DNA of 31,167 bases. Source: Octopus sinensis (lineage: Eukaryota). Positions 1 through 11,472 of the stretch are shown here, piece after piece. The translations under genes and the position numbers were made by a program. How positions within the stretch are numbered: the stretch's first letter is position 1; the number at the start of each line of letters is the position of its first letter. The stretch is from contig NW_021832307.1 in the NCBI RefSeq assembly GCF_006345805.1, positions 1 to 31,167 of the forward strand, in the 5' to 3' direction. Below the pieces are notes generated by a model. It searched no databases. It saw nothing but the letters and a program-made list of their open reading frames with translations, and was not told the origin of the DNA.

Positions 1-17
1 ATATATAATATATATAC

Positions 18-375
18 GTGAGTACAGGACACCACACACTACACGTAGAACTAAACGAGAACGAAAACCGAAAAGCCATTTTTTTACAACAGAAAAACAG
101 AGACGTGGAACTGGACGAGAACGCGAAAACGGGAAAAACAATTTTTACAACAGAAAAACAGAGTACAGGACATGCTACACAAGGAAAAAAATCCAAACAA
201 GAAAGCACAAAAAAACGCAACAACGCGAGGACGTGGAACAAATATAGTATAATTGGACGCTCAGGAAAGAAGGAAAGAAGGAGAGTTTAACGTTTCGAGC
301 GGAGCTCTTCGTCGGAAACATAGGAGAAGGAAATATCCAGAGAAGGGAAGACAGAGGAAAAAAATCGCCAACCAT
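18..375 (-). mobile_element. Interspersed repeat, probable Penelope-like element terminal (pLTR) fragment
   Basis: 190-329 is the reverse complement of 15752-15891 (5 differences in 140 bp). It is flanked by (AT)n on both sides, carries a hammerhead-like core (292-315) and has an internal 60-bp tandem duplication (41-100 / 101-161). Repeat status is seen directly; the Penelope class is inference. Confidence 0.55.
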
Positions 376-391
376 ATATATATATATATAT

Positions 392-546
392 GCGACAGAC
401 TTCTTTCAGTTCCGGATGCACTTACAAGGCTTTCATCAGCCCTGGCCTATTGTAGAAGGCACTGGTCCAAGCTGCCATGCAATAGGACTGAACCTGCAAA
501 CATGTGATTGAGGAGTAAATTTCTTAACACAGGCGCATCTGTGCCT
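392..546 (-). mobile_element. SINE family A, degenerate 5' half
   Basis: Reverse complement of head and core of the full copies at 20413/24800 (CTTCTTTCAGTT...TAGAAGGCACT...GGACTGAACC...GCGCATCTGTGCCT). Confidence 0.8.
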
Positions 547-879
547 ACACACACACACACTGTCCTTCATATTAACAGCATGTTTTCGTGCGTAATACGG
601 CAGTGTCTATATGTATGCTTCCATGTGTGTGTGTGTGTGTGTGTGTGTGTTTAATTTAGCGAATGTGTGTGTGTGTGTTTAATTTAGTGAACGTGTGTGT
701 GTGTGTGTGAGTGCCAGCGTGCGTAGAGAGCAAAATGAACTCAACTCGACGAGGGGGTGACAGTAAAAGCAAAAATAAAGCAAAAAAGGAAAACAAAGCG
801 ATTGGCCAGTTGAGTTCAAACCACTTTAGTCGAAATAAATTTCATTTTCCTCTCCTCTCATCTGACCACCACCTCTTAG

Positions 880-1062
880 CAATTGATTCTACAGCTGGAT
901 CGCCATCCACCGGCAGCATTTCGACTCTCTCCGCCCGACACACCGTCACAGTACGACTACATAGATAAGCACCACATCGCCAACAACGCCAACAACAACA
1001 TTATCAACGAGCCACTCATAATTCCTCTCCGCAAAACACGATGTCAACAAGACCGGTTCTAA
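880..1062 (+). other. Possible coding exon (unverified)
   Basis: Pyrimidine tract, CTGAC (862-866) and AG at 878-879 (second in-frame AG at 893-894) open a 60-codon non-repetitive frame QLILQLDRHPPAAFRLSPPDTPSQYDYIDKHH...QQDRF*. No recognisable homology. Confidence 0.2.
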
Positions 1063-1275
1063 AACACTTAACACCACACCAGAACGGCTTCTGTTCATTT
1101 CGCTAATTAAACAAACCGATGTATGTATGTATTTCGGGGAGACATTTATAGTTTTATGAACACACACACACACGCGCGCACGCGTACACAGCCACACATA
1201 CACACACACTCGCACATAAATAAATTAAATATGTGTATGTGTGTGAGTGCGAGTGTGTGTTTGTCTGTGTTTGTG

Positions 1276-1277
<2 letters not shown>

Positions 1278-1310
<33 letters not shown>

Positions 1311-1410
1311 CACATATATATGAAAGTAAATATCTTTAATAAATAATATATATAAGACTATATGTATTTATGTATATACATGTATGTATATATATATAAA
1401 TATATATATT

Positions 1411-1456
<46 letters not shown>

Positions 1457-1484
1457 CTACATACATATATATATATCTACATAC

Positions 1485-1531
<47 letters not shown>

Positions 1532-1544
1532 CATACATATATAT
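1278..1544. repeat. (TA)n-rich microsatellite tract
   Basis: Direct reading; interrupted (TA)n and (TACA)n. Confidence 0.95.
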
Positions 1545-1630
1545 AATAAATTGATAATAAAATAAAACATATGCATATATACATATATGTACGTACCTAC
1601 CTCTACATGTATATATACATGCATATATGG

Positions 1631-1787
1631 GTAGGACACCAAAAAAACGTCGAACACAAGAGAAAACGAAACATAAACACAAACCAAGGAAATGGACATT
1701 TTTCTAAACAACGAAAAAACAGAGTACAAGACATACAACAGAAGGAAAATTCCCCTTCTTCAGTCGCCTCTGTTTCATCTACTCCGC
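1631..1787 (-). mobile_element. Repeat fragment related to 18-375 (possible Penelope-like end)
   Basis: AAAAACAGAGTACAAGACAT (1715-1734) matches 154-173 at 19/20. Flanked by AT microsatellite; CTGAAGA on the minus strand at 1757-1763. Confidence 0.45.
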
Positions 1788-1864
1788 ATATATATATATA
1801 TATATAAATTCAAATTACGATGAACGTAAACAAACAAACGAAGTTTGCTTTAGAAGCGTTGAGA

Positions 1865-1955
1865 TGCCTTGAGTGTGTGTTTTCTGCAATAGCCTCGCAC
1901 CGACCAAAGCCTTGCGAGTAGATTTGGTAGACGAAAACTGAAAGAAGCCCGTAGT
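1865..1955 (+). mobile_element. SINE family A internal fragment
   Basis: ATAGCCTCGCACCGACCAAAGCCTTGCGAGTAGATTTGGTAGACGAAAACTGAAAGAAGCCCGT matches the central domain of the full copies. Confidence 0.85.
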
Positions 1956-2040
1956 AAATATGTGTATGTGTGGTATATATATTATATATATTATTTATTA
2001 CTTATAATTTAATTGGACGCGAAGCATCTATTTCCAGGTG

Positions 2041-2109
2041 TATATATATATATATGTATTATAATATATATATATAATATATATCTATATATATATATAT
2101 ATATATATA

Positions 2110-2156
<47 letters not shown>

Positions 2157-2202
2157 GTGTGTGTGTGTGTGTGTTGTATGTATATATGTATTGTTGTATG
2201 TA

Positions 2203-2244
<42 letters not shown>
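2041..2244. repeat. (TA)n/(TG)n compound microsatellite
   Basis: Direct reading. Confidence 0.95.
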
Positions 2245-2246
<2 letters not shown>

Positions 2247-2529
2247 CATTTGTATGTCTGTTTAAATACATATTTATGAAGATGGACTACGACAAGAGTG
2301 CATGTGTGCGTTTGTATGTGTGTGGTTTCATAAAGGTTGTGCATTGATATCTGAGTATAGTATCTGTCCGTCTATTTCTATGTGTGCGTTTGTGTTCTTG
2401 TGCGTACATATACATACATATAAATTCGCTCGGGTGCGCGCACACACACATACACACGCAGATGTCTCTGTGTATCTGTGTGTATGTATGTACCAGTGGG
2501 TGCTAGGGTGTGTTTGTGTGTGTGCGTTT

Positions 2530-2572
<43 letters not shown>

Positions 2573-2962
2573 ATGTGCGTGTGTGGGTGCGTAGAAAGAA
2601 ATCAAGAGATGATAAAAGCTATATTGCCCGCTTTACACGCAATGTCCAGTTGTAGAAGGTTGAAGACATACCATCAAATATACACCCGTCCACCCATCAA
2701 CGTGCTTATGACCGATTGGTCTCTACTAATTAATTGCCGATGCACATATTAAAAATGTCCTCAATGAAAACATGTCCACCATTAAATAGTGAAAGACGTG
2801 ATACGGTCCCCAACCGCCGGTCTTTAGAGAAACGTCTGATCACTTGTGGAGGCGGTAAACTTGAAAGGTCGCTCTTGTCTGCTGGCTGAGCTTTATTTCA
2901 CTTTTCACTCTACGGCCCCCTCCCCTTTATCTCTCCCGTATTATTGCCGTACGTGTGTATGA

Positions 2963-3120
2963 CTGGATCTCCGTCAGATAAAACGATGCGCGTTCCTGTT
3001 GATCCGATCGACGGAACAGCCTACTCTTGAAATTAATGTGTAGGTGACTGACCAAGTGACGGAGCGTATCCTTAACGTAGTTCCCAGAGAGATTCAGTGT
3101 GACACAGAATGTGAGAAGTC
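2963..3120 (-). mobile_element. SINE family C, diverged 3' half
   Basis: GTTGATCCGATCGACGGAACAGCCTACTCTTGAAATTAATGTGTAGG...CCTTAACGTAGTTCCCAGAGAGATTCAGTGTGACACAGA aligns to the 3' half of 19350-19730. Confidence 0.85.
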
Positions 3121-3239
3121 TGTCTGTATATATAGATACATACATACATACATACATACAGACAGACAGACAGACAAAAATCCGTAAAACTTTCCAGTTT
3201 ATCATTTAATTTTACATGAGCATTTCTAGATATGCAACT

Positions 3240-3420
3240 TGTGGAGGCACATGGCCTAGTGGTTAGAGCAGCGTACTCGCGGTCGAGGGATCGCGGGTTC
3301 GAATCTCAGATCGGGCGATGTGTGTGTTTATGAGCGAAACACCTAAACTCCACGCGGTTCCGGCAGAAGGTAATGGCGAACATCTGCCACAACTTTCTCT
3401 CACTCTTTCCTCTCTTGAAT
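3240..3420 (+). mobile_element. SINE family C, 5' half of an older variant
   Basis: tRNA-like head GTGGAGGCACATGGCCTAGTGGTTAGAGCAGCG with A box (TGGCCTAGTGG) and B box (GGTTCGAATCT); aligns to the head of 17553. Confidence 0.85.
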
Positions 3421-3569
3421 ATATGCGGAGAGATAGTCTTAGCCTGTTTGCCTTCGGGCGGTTGATTTCTGTAGCTATTATCAATGTATTTTGGCGAGCT
3501 AAATAATAGTTTTGACTGTTATTTCCAGCAGGTAGACATAGTATGACCTTTGATTGATTTTAATTCTTC

Positions 3570-3572
<3 letters not shown>

Positions 3573-3632
<60 letters not shown>
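3573..3632. repeat. Pure (TA)30 microsatellite
   Basis: Direct reading. Confidence 0.97.
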
Positions 3633-3633
<1 letters not shown>

Positions 3634-3640
3634 GCATATA

Positions 3641-3806
3641 TACGACGGGCTTCTTTCAGTTTCCGTCCATCAAATCCACCAACAAGGCTTTAGTCGACCC
3701 GAGGCTACAGTAGAAGACACCTGCCCAAGGTTCCACGCAGTGGGACTGAACTTGGATCCATGTGGTTGGGAAGCAAATTTCTCACCACACAGCCACGCCT
3801 GACCCT
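3641..3806 (-). mobile_element. SINE family A, 5' half
   Basis: Reverse complement of the head (A box TGGCTGTGTGG, B-box-like GTTCAGTCCC) and core, ending at the internal (TA)n. Confidence 0.9.
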
Positions 3807-4258
3807 ATATGTGTGTGTTTGTATGTTTATGTGTATAAACTTACGGTCACATACCCAAATATCCATATATACACATGTGTGTGTGTGTGTGAAAACGCGC
3901 GCGCACCCACATCTATCATATCCCATATTTATTATGAACTGGAAGCATCAATGTGAAGTTGATAATTGCTGTGAATGAGATATAATATTGAAGTAAGGTG
4001 TTCGCGATGGGGGTGCGATGGTGAGGGGGCGGGGGCGATGAGGGGGTTGGCGGTTAGCTGCTGGCATTTCACAGAAATCGGTACGGAAAATCATGATGTG
4101 TAGCAGATATTGTAAACTCTGAACATATGGTGTGAAGGGAGGGGGAGAGGGTTGCTACCAACCAGGGTAGGTTAACCACTTTACACTGAGTGAGTGGCGG
4201 ATGTCAGCTGTCTTAGGAGAACAATAACAACTGTTATAACAAACAAATGAGGATCAGT

Positions 4259-4368
4259 AACAGCAACAACAGCAGCAGCAGCAACAACAACAACAACAGT
4301 GATAGCAAACAAACTGACGATCAACAACATCTAGAACAATAAGAGCAACAACAACAACAACAACAACA
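4259..4368. repeat. (CAA)n/(CAG)n trinucleotide repeat
   Basis: Direct reading; no long ORF spans it. Confidence 0.9.
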
Positions 4369-5112
4369 CTGCCAGCACAACCAGAAAACCAATATGGAAG
4401 ACAACGTGAAAGCCATAAAAGGAACAGAATAACTTTGGGGTAAATTAATGATCGCTTGTCGTAAGGATCTCTACCTTAAAATATCGGAAGACTGCCTGTA
4501 GTGAGATGGGGCTTATTTCGACGAGGTCATATTTCATCAGATTCATGATACTTATCGTTGATCGTGGGGCCTTTTACTTCGAAATTATTTCAGAAACGCT
4601 CGCACACACCCTACCCCACTGTCTGCCCGCCACAAACGGGCGAATGATTTTCATTTGAACAATATTGTTAAACATATTTTTCTTTTAAATATAAGAACTT
4701 GCTAGTTTGATGAAGATTGTAAAATAAACACGAAACTTGACAGTCCCAGTTTCGTCCCTCGTGGGCCCAATTCAATAGTGAGACTAGGTAGATAAATATA
4801 TGAGTCTGTTTATATATCATTCTGTGTTGGGGGTGCCTTAGTAATAATTGTCAAGCCGTCAACAAGGTCCAATTATCCTTTAATTCTTAGTCAGAGAGGA
4901 AAGTCAGCGTTCCTAACCATTTTTAGAGTTTCCAAGACTGGTGGAAGAAAGAAAGGAAATAACCTAGAACTGGAAGTCTGATCTGAAAGTTTGCAACAGA
5001 GTGAAGTCTGCTAAACTTAGCCAAGGACCAGATGAGTGTGTAAAACATAGACTGTGTACATTAATGCTGCCACCCAGGTAGGCCACGTCAAAACAGTAGA
5101 GGGGTGGGGGCC

Positions 5113-5210
5113 GAAACCGGATGTGGTTCCTCCTGATGATGTCTTGAGCTAACTGGATCCTATAAAGGAGCTGTTGTGGTAGCAGACCACGAAACACGGT
5201 TGAAATTCCT
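5113..5210 (+). ncRNA. Hammerhead-core-like motif (candidate, degenerate)
   Basis: CTGATGA (5133-5139) ... GAAAC (5191-5195) followed by ACG-GTT. The intervening segment can pair (GTCT/AGAC, AGCT/AGCT, CCT/AGG). Stem I is poor. Confidence 0.3.
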
Positions 5211-5779
5211 CATCGTAATCTACCAAAAGATCCCCCCGTGGGCTTAATTTCACGACGAGACTAAATATACAGGAATATGAGTCCATATATTTCTGCTACT
5301 TTTTGCTCCGACATGGATTGACGAGTGTTCACACCACTAACGAGCAGTGGGAGGATAAAATGTAAATAATCTCGGGATAAGATGCTAACGCCTTGCAAAC
5401 CAGTTCTATCATTTCTATAAATATTTTGTTTTCATTTCTCAATCCGTCACACGAGATGCGTCGCATCGATAAACTTGCCCAAGTGAAAGGTCTGTTAAGT
5501 GATAACAAGCCAAAAAATGATGTGCTTTGCCTGATATCAGTTGTGTTAGGAAATGAATAAAATCAAAAGAAAATTTTGTTCAATACAAAACCTGATAACC
5601 TCGTCTCTTTCAGTAACACAAACAATACAACCCTTACAGATATCATAAAATAAGTCTTGTAGTTCCCCACTTCATGTACATCAACCGGTTAAAATCCTCA
5701 AATAGTGGGCCTAGCAATTTCTAATGATCTTTCTGCAGATCTCATATATAACCTTAGCTAAAATTGTGTTCCAGAGCTA

Positions 5780-6040
5780 GTCTCTTTCTTCAGGACCAGA
5801 AAAACCTCTTGACTCTGAAAATATCAAAAAAGAGACATTGGATTGCTACACATATATCTGGGACACTGTTGCTGCTACCCACACAAACATCGAAGACGGC
5901 ATCCAAAAGAAGATCATCTGATTCTAACACCTGCATTGCCTCTTTTATCTCTACAATAATCCGATATCCCTCATTGTTTCTTGCTGTCTCTTTCCAGAAC
6001 CACCCGATACCCCTGTGTGTTTCTCACTATAAAGATATAC
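5780..6040 (+). pseudogene. Possible highly decayed Penelope-type RT N-terminal remnant
   Basis: Broken frames give CLFYLYNNPISLIVSCC (5937-5987) and HYKDI (6025-6039, shifted frame), loosely like the Penelope FYLLPKIHK..PIVS..SYIKD motifs but needing deletions. Confidence 0.2.
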
Positions 6041-6690
6041 AGAATAATAGACACATCACTTTCGTATGATAATAGTTAGCATAGTAAGGTTAATAGAGGT
6101 CGTTTGAATAGATTAAATTATTGTTGGACTATTTGCACCTAACCTGTAGCAGGCACTTGTCCTTCGTTGGAATCTAGTGAAGAGTGTAAAGGTGACGAAG
6201 AGTGTAAAGGACCAAGTGAGGGTTCTAGAATCAAATGACAGAGCAGGTCAACTCCGCAAGAATTCAAAAGTGGAAAATAAATTTAAGAACTTAATTACTT
6301 GGATCAATTAATAAAGAAAAGAAAATCAGGTCTTTGAGGTGGCAAAGGAACATTAATTCCTTCTTAATTAGTCTTAAAATTACTACTTGTCTTTGTTTCA
6401 TATTTTGCTCACAAAGAGATATTTGAAAAAATAATCATATGATTAAGAATTTATAGAGTCGGTTATTAAGCAGATGACCAATTTGTTAAGTTTAATTAAG
6501 CTCTCTCTAAGCTCTTTTATTCTTGATTATACACTCACCTTTCAGCAATAACAAAAATATACCTTACACTTATTGAACATTAAAAAATCCTATCTCTAAC
6601 CTGCAGAGTAACTCCAAACACACAGACAGACAGATAGACACCATTACACATTTATGAATATAGATATATTTACATGTTCCCCTTTATCAG

Positions 6691-6731
<41 letters not shown>

Positions 6732-7345
6732 CCATTATCAAAAGTAAAGTCTAAATACAAACGAACATTCATATGTACACAGATGCATATATATACAAGC
6801 ATACACACAAGCACTCTATATACATACATATATATATATATATATCAATAAATGTATTTATGTATGTATGAGCACGCATGCGCGCATGCGTAAATATGTA
6901 GATGAATATGTATATGAATGTGTGTGTATATATATATATATATATGAACGTATACATATATACATAAATATGCACATACACGTATACAAATCTAGGTATA
7001 TATATACATATATATATATATATCTGTGTAGCGCGGTGACAGTCGTAAGGGAAAAATTAATGAATAAACTCCGCAGGGGATTTTTACAATGTTGAAAAGG
7101 GTTACCAGATGTTTTTTGGGTTTTCTTATCTTTATATTTGATCTCTTCTGAGAATCCTTTGCACGATGGCCCCTGTGTTCATTATAAATAGCGACCGTTT
7201 AGAGGGGTTTCTCGAGCACTTCCCACGACCCAATACAACGGACATTTTCAAGATTTAACTTCTCTTTACTCATAGTTGCCCTTCTCTATCTTTCACTCAG
7301 TGCCTCCCTGTTTGTCTATCATTCTTCTCTCCTTTCTTTTTTCCT

Positions 7346-7388
<43 letters not shown>

Positions 7389-7488
7389 CTATATATATAT
7401 ACATATGCACATAAAAATATATATACACAGCATGCATATATACATATATACATGTATGTGCGTACATATGTATATGTGTGTATATAAG

Positions 7489-7585
<97 letters not shown>
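7489..7585. repeat. (TAGA)n microsatellite
   Basis: About 24 perfect units. Confidence 0.97.
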
Positions 7586-8166
7586 GTAGATATAGATATA
7601 TATGTGTGTTAGTCCGTGTATCTGATTATGTACAAATAGCGCATGGTTAACTGTAAATATATGTATTTACATGTCTATACGTGTACATATGTATTCAATG
7701 TCTATATAGATTACTGATATTTAGATATATGAGTATGAAAAGAATTAAATGCCTCTACAGAATCGAAACATTCAGTTTCCGAAGAGTGAGCAGAATTAGC
7801 GAAAGCAGAGTTTTTCGTTAAAACACTGAACCAACCAGATATGACAATGCAGATTTAGTATTTTTAACTCTCGTGAGTTTGCTTTCAACGTTTGTCTTCT
7901 CGATCTTTGATTCAACAATATTCATATAAGGATAAATGTTTGAATGTGTGTATGTGAGTAGGTATGTACGTGTGTGTTTGTAAATATGAATATTTACATA
8001 CGTGTATATAGGAGCACACACACATATATGCATGTATATGTATTTACATGCCTATGATAGTTATACACTTACACACACACATACATATATATATATATGT
8101 ATATGTATGTATATATATATGTGTGTGTGCGCGTGTGTATGTATGTATGTATATATGTACGCATGT

Positions 8167-8355
8167 ATGCTTAGCGTACTTCGTCTACCACTACGTTCTG
8201 AGTTCAAATTCCGTCGAGGTCGACTTTGTCTTTTATCATTTCGGGGTCGATTAAACAAGTATCATTTACACCCTGGGGTCGATATAATCGACTTATCCCC
8301 TCCACCAAAATTTCAGGTCTTCTACCTATAGCGGAAAGGATTGACATTGTTATTA
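8167..8355 (+). mobile_element. SINE family B, 5'-truncated, tail type 2
   Basis: B box GAGTTCAAATTCC; central GAGGTCGACTTTGTCTTTTATCATTTCGGGGTCGATTAAACAAGTA; tail AAAATTTCAGGTCTTCTACCTATAGCGGAAAGGATT. Confidence 0.88.
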
Positions 8356-8424
8356 GATTACCTTATTATCCCGATGTCTTTTTCACCTGAACCTCTAATC
8401 TGTTTCAAACTCTACCAAGCCGTG

Positions 8425-8474
<50 letters not shown>

Positions 8475-8837
8475 ACTCTCTCTACTCCCTCTCTCTCTCT
8501 ACTCCTATCGACTCATCCGACCCCTTCCTTATTCCAACTGGCTAACACAAATAACATTCCATATGCCATACCTTACCCACCGGGGCCCCAGTTTTATGTC
8601 ACTTATTTCAGGCGGCACCTCTCGACTTATCCGATCCAGATAGTCAAATGATTGAAAACCACCGTTTTAATTACGTCCTTTCACAAACCCCTTACAACAA
8701 TACTTTATTGGCCTAAGTATATCAAAGAACTTTCAGCTGTGCTATAGTACAGGGCAAGGCCTGCAACTTCAGGAGTCCCTCTCCCACTCTTCAGTATTCT
8801 CATATCATTGCTTGTAAGTTTGCCTTGTTTTAGGGTT

Positions 8838-9030
8838 AGCGAAGTGGTCGCATCGTTAGAACGTCGAAAAAGAATTCCTTGAACTTTAGATTCAGAATTC
8901 AAAGTTAACTTTCAATTTTTTAAGCGATCGATAAAATAAAATAGCAATGAAATACTCAGGGCGATGCAATCGATTAAACCCCTTTTCCCCCCTCATTAAC
9001 TGCTGGCTATTTTACTAAATCCCGAACATT
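8838..9030 (+). mobile_element. SINE family B, strongly degenerate
   Basis: GCGAAGTGGTCGCATCGTTAGAACG head, GATCGATAAAATAAAATAGCA central part and GCGATGCAATCGATTAAACCCC resemble 10661-10877. Confidence 0.55.
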
Positions 9031-9414
9031 TTGTTTTACTTCCTCATTCTATTCCGAATTATTTCTCCCACTAGAATATGTTCCGTGCGAAAATAACAAC
9101 CGGACATCATTATTTCACAATTGTTATGTCGGATGAGGTTCATAACATCTTGTTTGCTTTTTTATCATCACCAGCGATGTTTCCAGTTGAGGTTAATTCG
9201 TCTGGAGGTGGGGAAGGATTATTTCTTGATAAACTTGTATGCACGTTATATGTGCATGTATGAATGGGTGTATATAAGCGTGTATGCATCTTTATATAAT
9301 GGATGTTTGGAAGTATATATGTATATATATATATATATATATATTTGTCTGTGTATGTATGCATGAATGTATGTATGTTAGTATACATGTAGTATACATA
9401 TATATGTATGCATA

Positions 9415-9456
<42 letters not shown>

Positions 9457-9759
9457 CACACCCACAGAGAAATGTATGTATGTAAATAGGTATGTATATA
9501 TTTTGGCTTTTCTCAAATATTATTCCCCACAAACTTCCATATCTCTATGACTAATGTGTTTATAGAAATAATCCTGGAATCCTAGAATCTCTCAGATTAT
9601 CCGTCAACTGTGGAATCAGTTGCGGAATTCCCGCCAAGCAGCAGTGAAGCCGTAAATAAATGGCACTTAATCTTTCCCCTGACCTGTCCGTCATTAATTT
9701 CCTGTCTCTCACTCTGTCTCTCACTCTGTCTCTCAATCTCTCTCTCTGTCTCTATTTCA

Positions 9760-9824
<65 letters not shown>

Positions 9825-9991
9825 TTCATGTATTTATAATATAGTTATGTTATATATATATACTCTCTTCGATATGCACACACACACACACACACATACA
9901 CTCACATACACACGCGTACACATAGACATGCACGCACGCACGCACGCACATACATACTCATGCACACACACGCACACACACACCCACATAC

Positions 9992-10026
<35 letters not shown>

Positions 10027-10030
10027 TGTG

Positions 10031-10284
10031 CAGTAATCCCTCGCCATATCGCGGTTCACCAATCGCGGTTCACCTATCGCGGTTCACCTATCGCGGTTTA
10101 TTATTTAAGCTTACGTCGATTCCTCCCTGGTGTTGTTTTGCATTTATAATAAAATAAATATATACAAATTATAAAAATAATTTTAAAAGTATACAGTACA
10201 GTACTGTTTCTACTTCGCAGATTTTCACCTATTGCGGGGAGGGTGGGGTAGAACGTAACACCCGCAATAGTCGAGGGATTACTG
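10031..10284. mobile_element. Tc1/mariner-superfamily (Tigger/pogo-like) MITE
   Basis: Perfect 13-bp TIRs CAGTAATCCCTCG / CGAGGGATTACTG, extending imperfectly to ~24 bp. TA at the right flank, TG at the left. No ORF. Four 14-bp subterminal repeats at 10048-10099. Confidence 0.88.
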
Positions 10285-10607
10285 TATATATCTAAAATTT
10301 TAAATAACAAAACAAATGTCTGTGTCAGTGTGTCATATTTTGAGCCCCTCTCTCACTATTCAATGACACTTCTACTAGTTCTTATGTTGGGGAGAGAGTA
10401 ATAGTAGGCATAGAGATGGTGAAGGCAATAGTAGATTGACGGTTGTGATGGTCATGGGGTGATAGTAATAGTATGAGCAGTAGTTGTGATAGAGGCGAAG
10501 GCGATAGTAATGATGGTGGTGGTGGCGGTGGTGGTGGTGGTGGTGGTGGTGGTGGCTGAGGTGGTCAGAGATAACGATGATAGTAAGCGATGTGAAAGGC
10601 AGTGGTG

Positions 10608-10649
<42 letters not shown>

Positions 10650-10660
10650 TATTATTATTA

Positions 10661-10877
10661 AGGCAGCGAGCCGGCTGAATCGTTAGCACGCCGGGCAAAA
10701 TGCTTAGCGGAATTTCGCCCGTCTTTATGTTCTGAGTTCAAATTCCTTCGAGATCGACGTTGTCTTTCATCCTTTCGGAGAGGATAAAAATAAGTACCAG
10801 TTGAAAGCTGGGGACGATGTAATCGACTCATCTCCTACCCCAAAATTGCTACCCTCGTGGCAAAATTTGAAACAATT
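10661..10877 (+). mobile_element. SINE family B, full length, tail type 1
   Basis: Head AGGCAGCGAGCCGGCTGAATCGTTAGCACGCCGGGC, B box GAGTTCAAATTCC, central CTTTCATCCTTTCGGAGAGGATAAAAATAAGTACCAG, tail CAAAATTTGAAACA(ATT)n; embedded in (ATT)n. Confidence 0.93.
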
Positions 10878-10881
10878 ATTA

Positions 10882-10922
<41 letters not shown>

Positions 10923-11026
10923 TTTAGTAGTAGTAGTAGTAGTAGTAATAGTAGTAGTAGTAGTAGCAGTGGTGGTGGTGGTGGTGGTAGTAGTAGTAGT
11001 AGTTGTTGTTGTTGTTGTAATAGTAA

Positions 11027-11076
<50 letters not shown>

Positions 11077-11105
11077 TAGTAGTATTACTATCATTATTAT
11101 TATTA

Positions 11106-11159
<54 letters not shown>
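10875..11159. repeat. Compound trinucleotide microsatellite ATT-AGT-GGT-AGT-TGT-AGT-ATT
   Basis: Direct reading. Confidence 0.95.
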
Positions 11160-11406
11160 GGATATCTTTAATACCCGGGCCCTCCGTATGAGGAGCGCAA
11201 TGAACTGTTTATATTTCCGCTCAAAGACCAGTGACCATCTACAGCCATTGCTGGCTAAGCACGTTCTGGACACGTCTTCTTTGATATCAGTTTTCACGAG
11301 ACACCCTGTGCTGTCGTCTAGAAGACATTAAATATCAAAACTCTTCCCGTTGTTTTTATCTATTTGTTTATTTATTTATTTTATTTCCGTGTTACTGACT
11401 GGATGT

Positions 11407-11472
11407 TGTGACGGTCATGTGACGGTCATGTGACAGCCTTGCGCTAAGCAGGTCAGAGATTTCAATTTCCGG
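11407..11472. promoter_or_regulatory. Candidate regulatory cluster: two GTCATGTGAC (M-box/CLEAR-like) motifs plus an ETS site
   Basis: TGTGACGGTCA x2.5 (11407-11434) contains GTCATGTGAC at 11414 and 11425; ATTTCCGG at 11465-11472. Motif match only. Confidence 0.3.
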
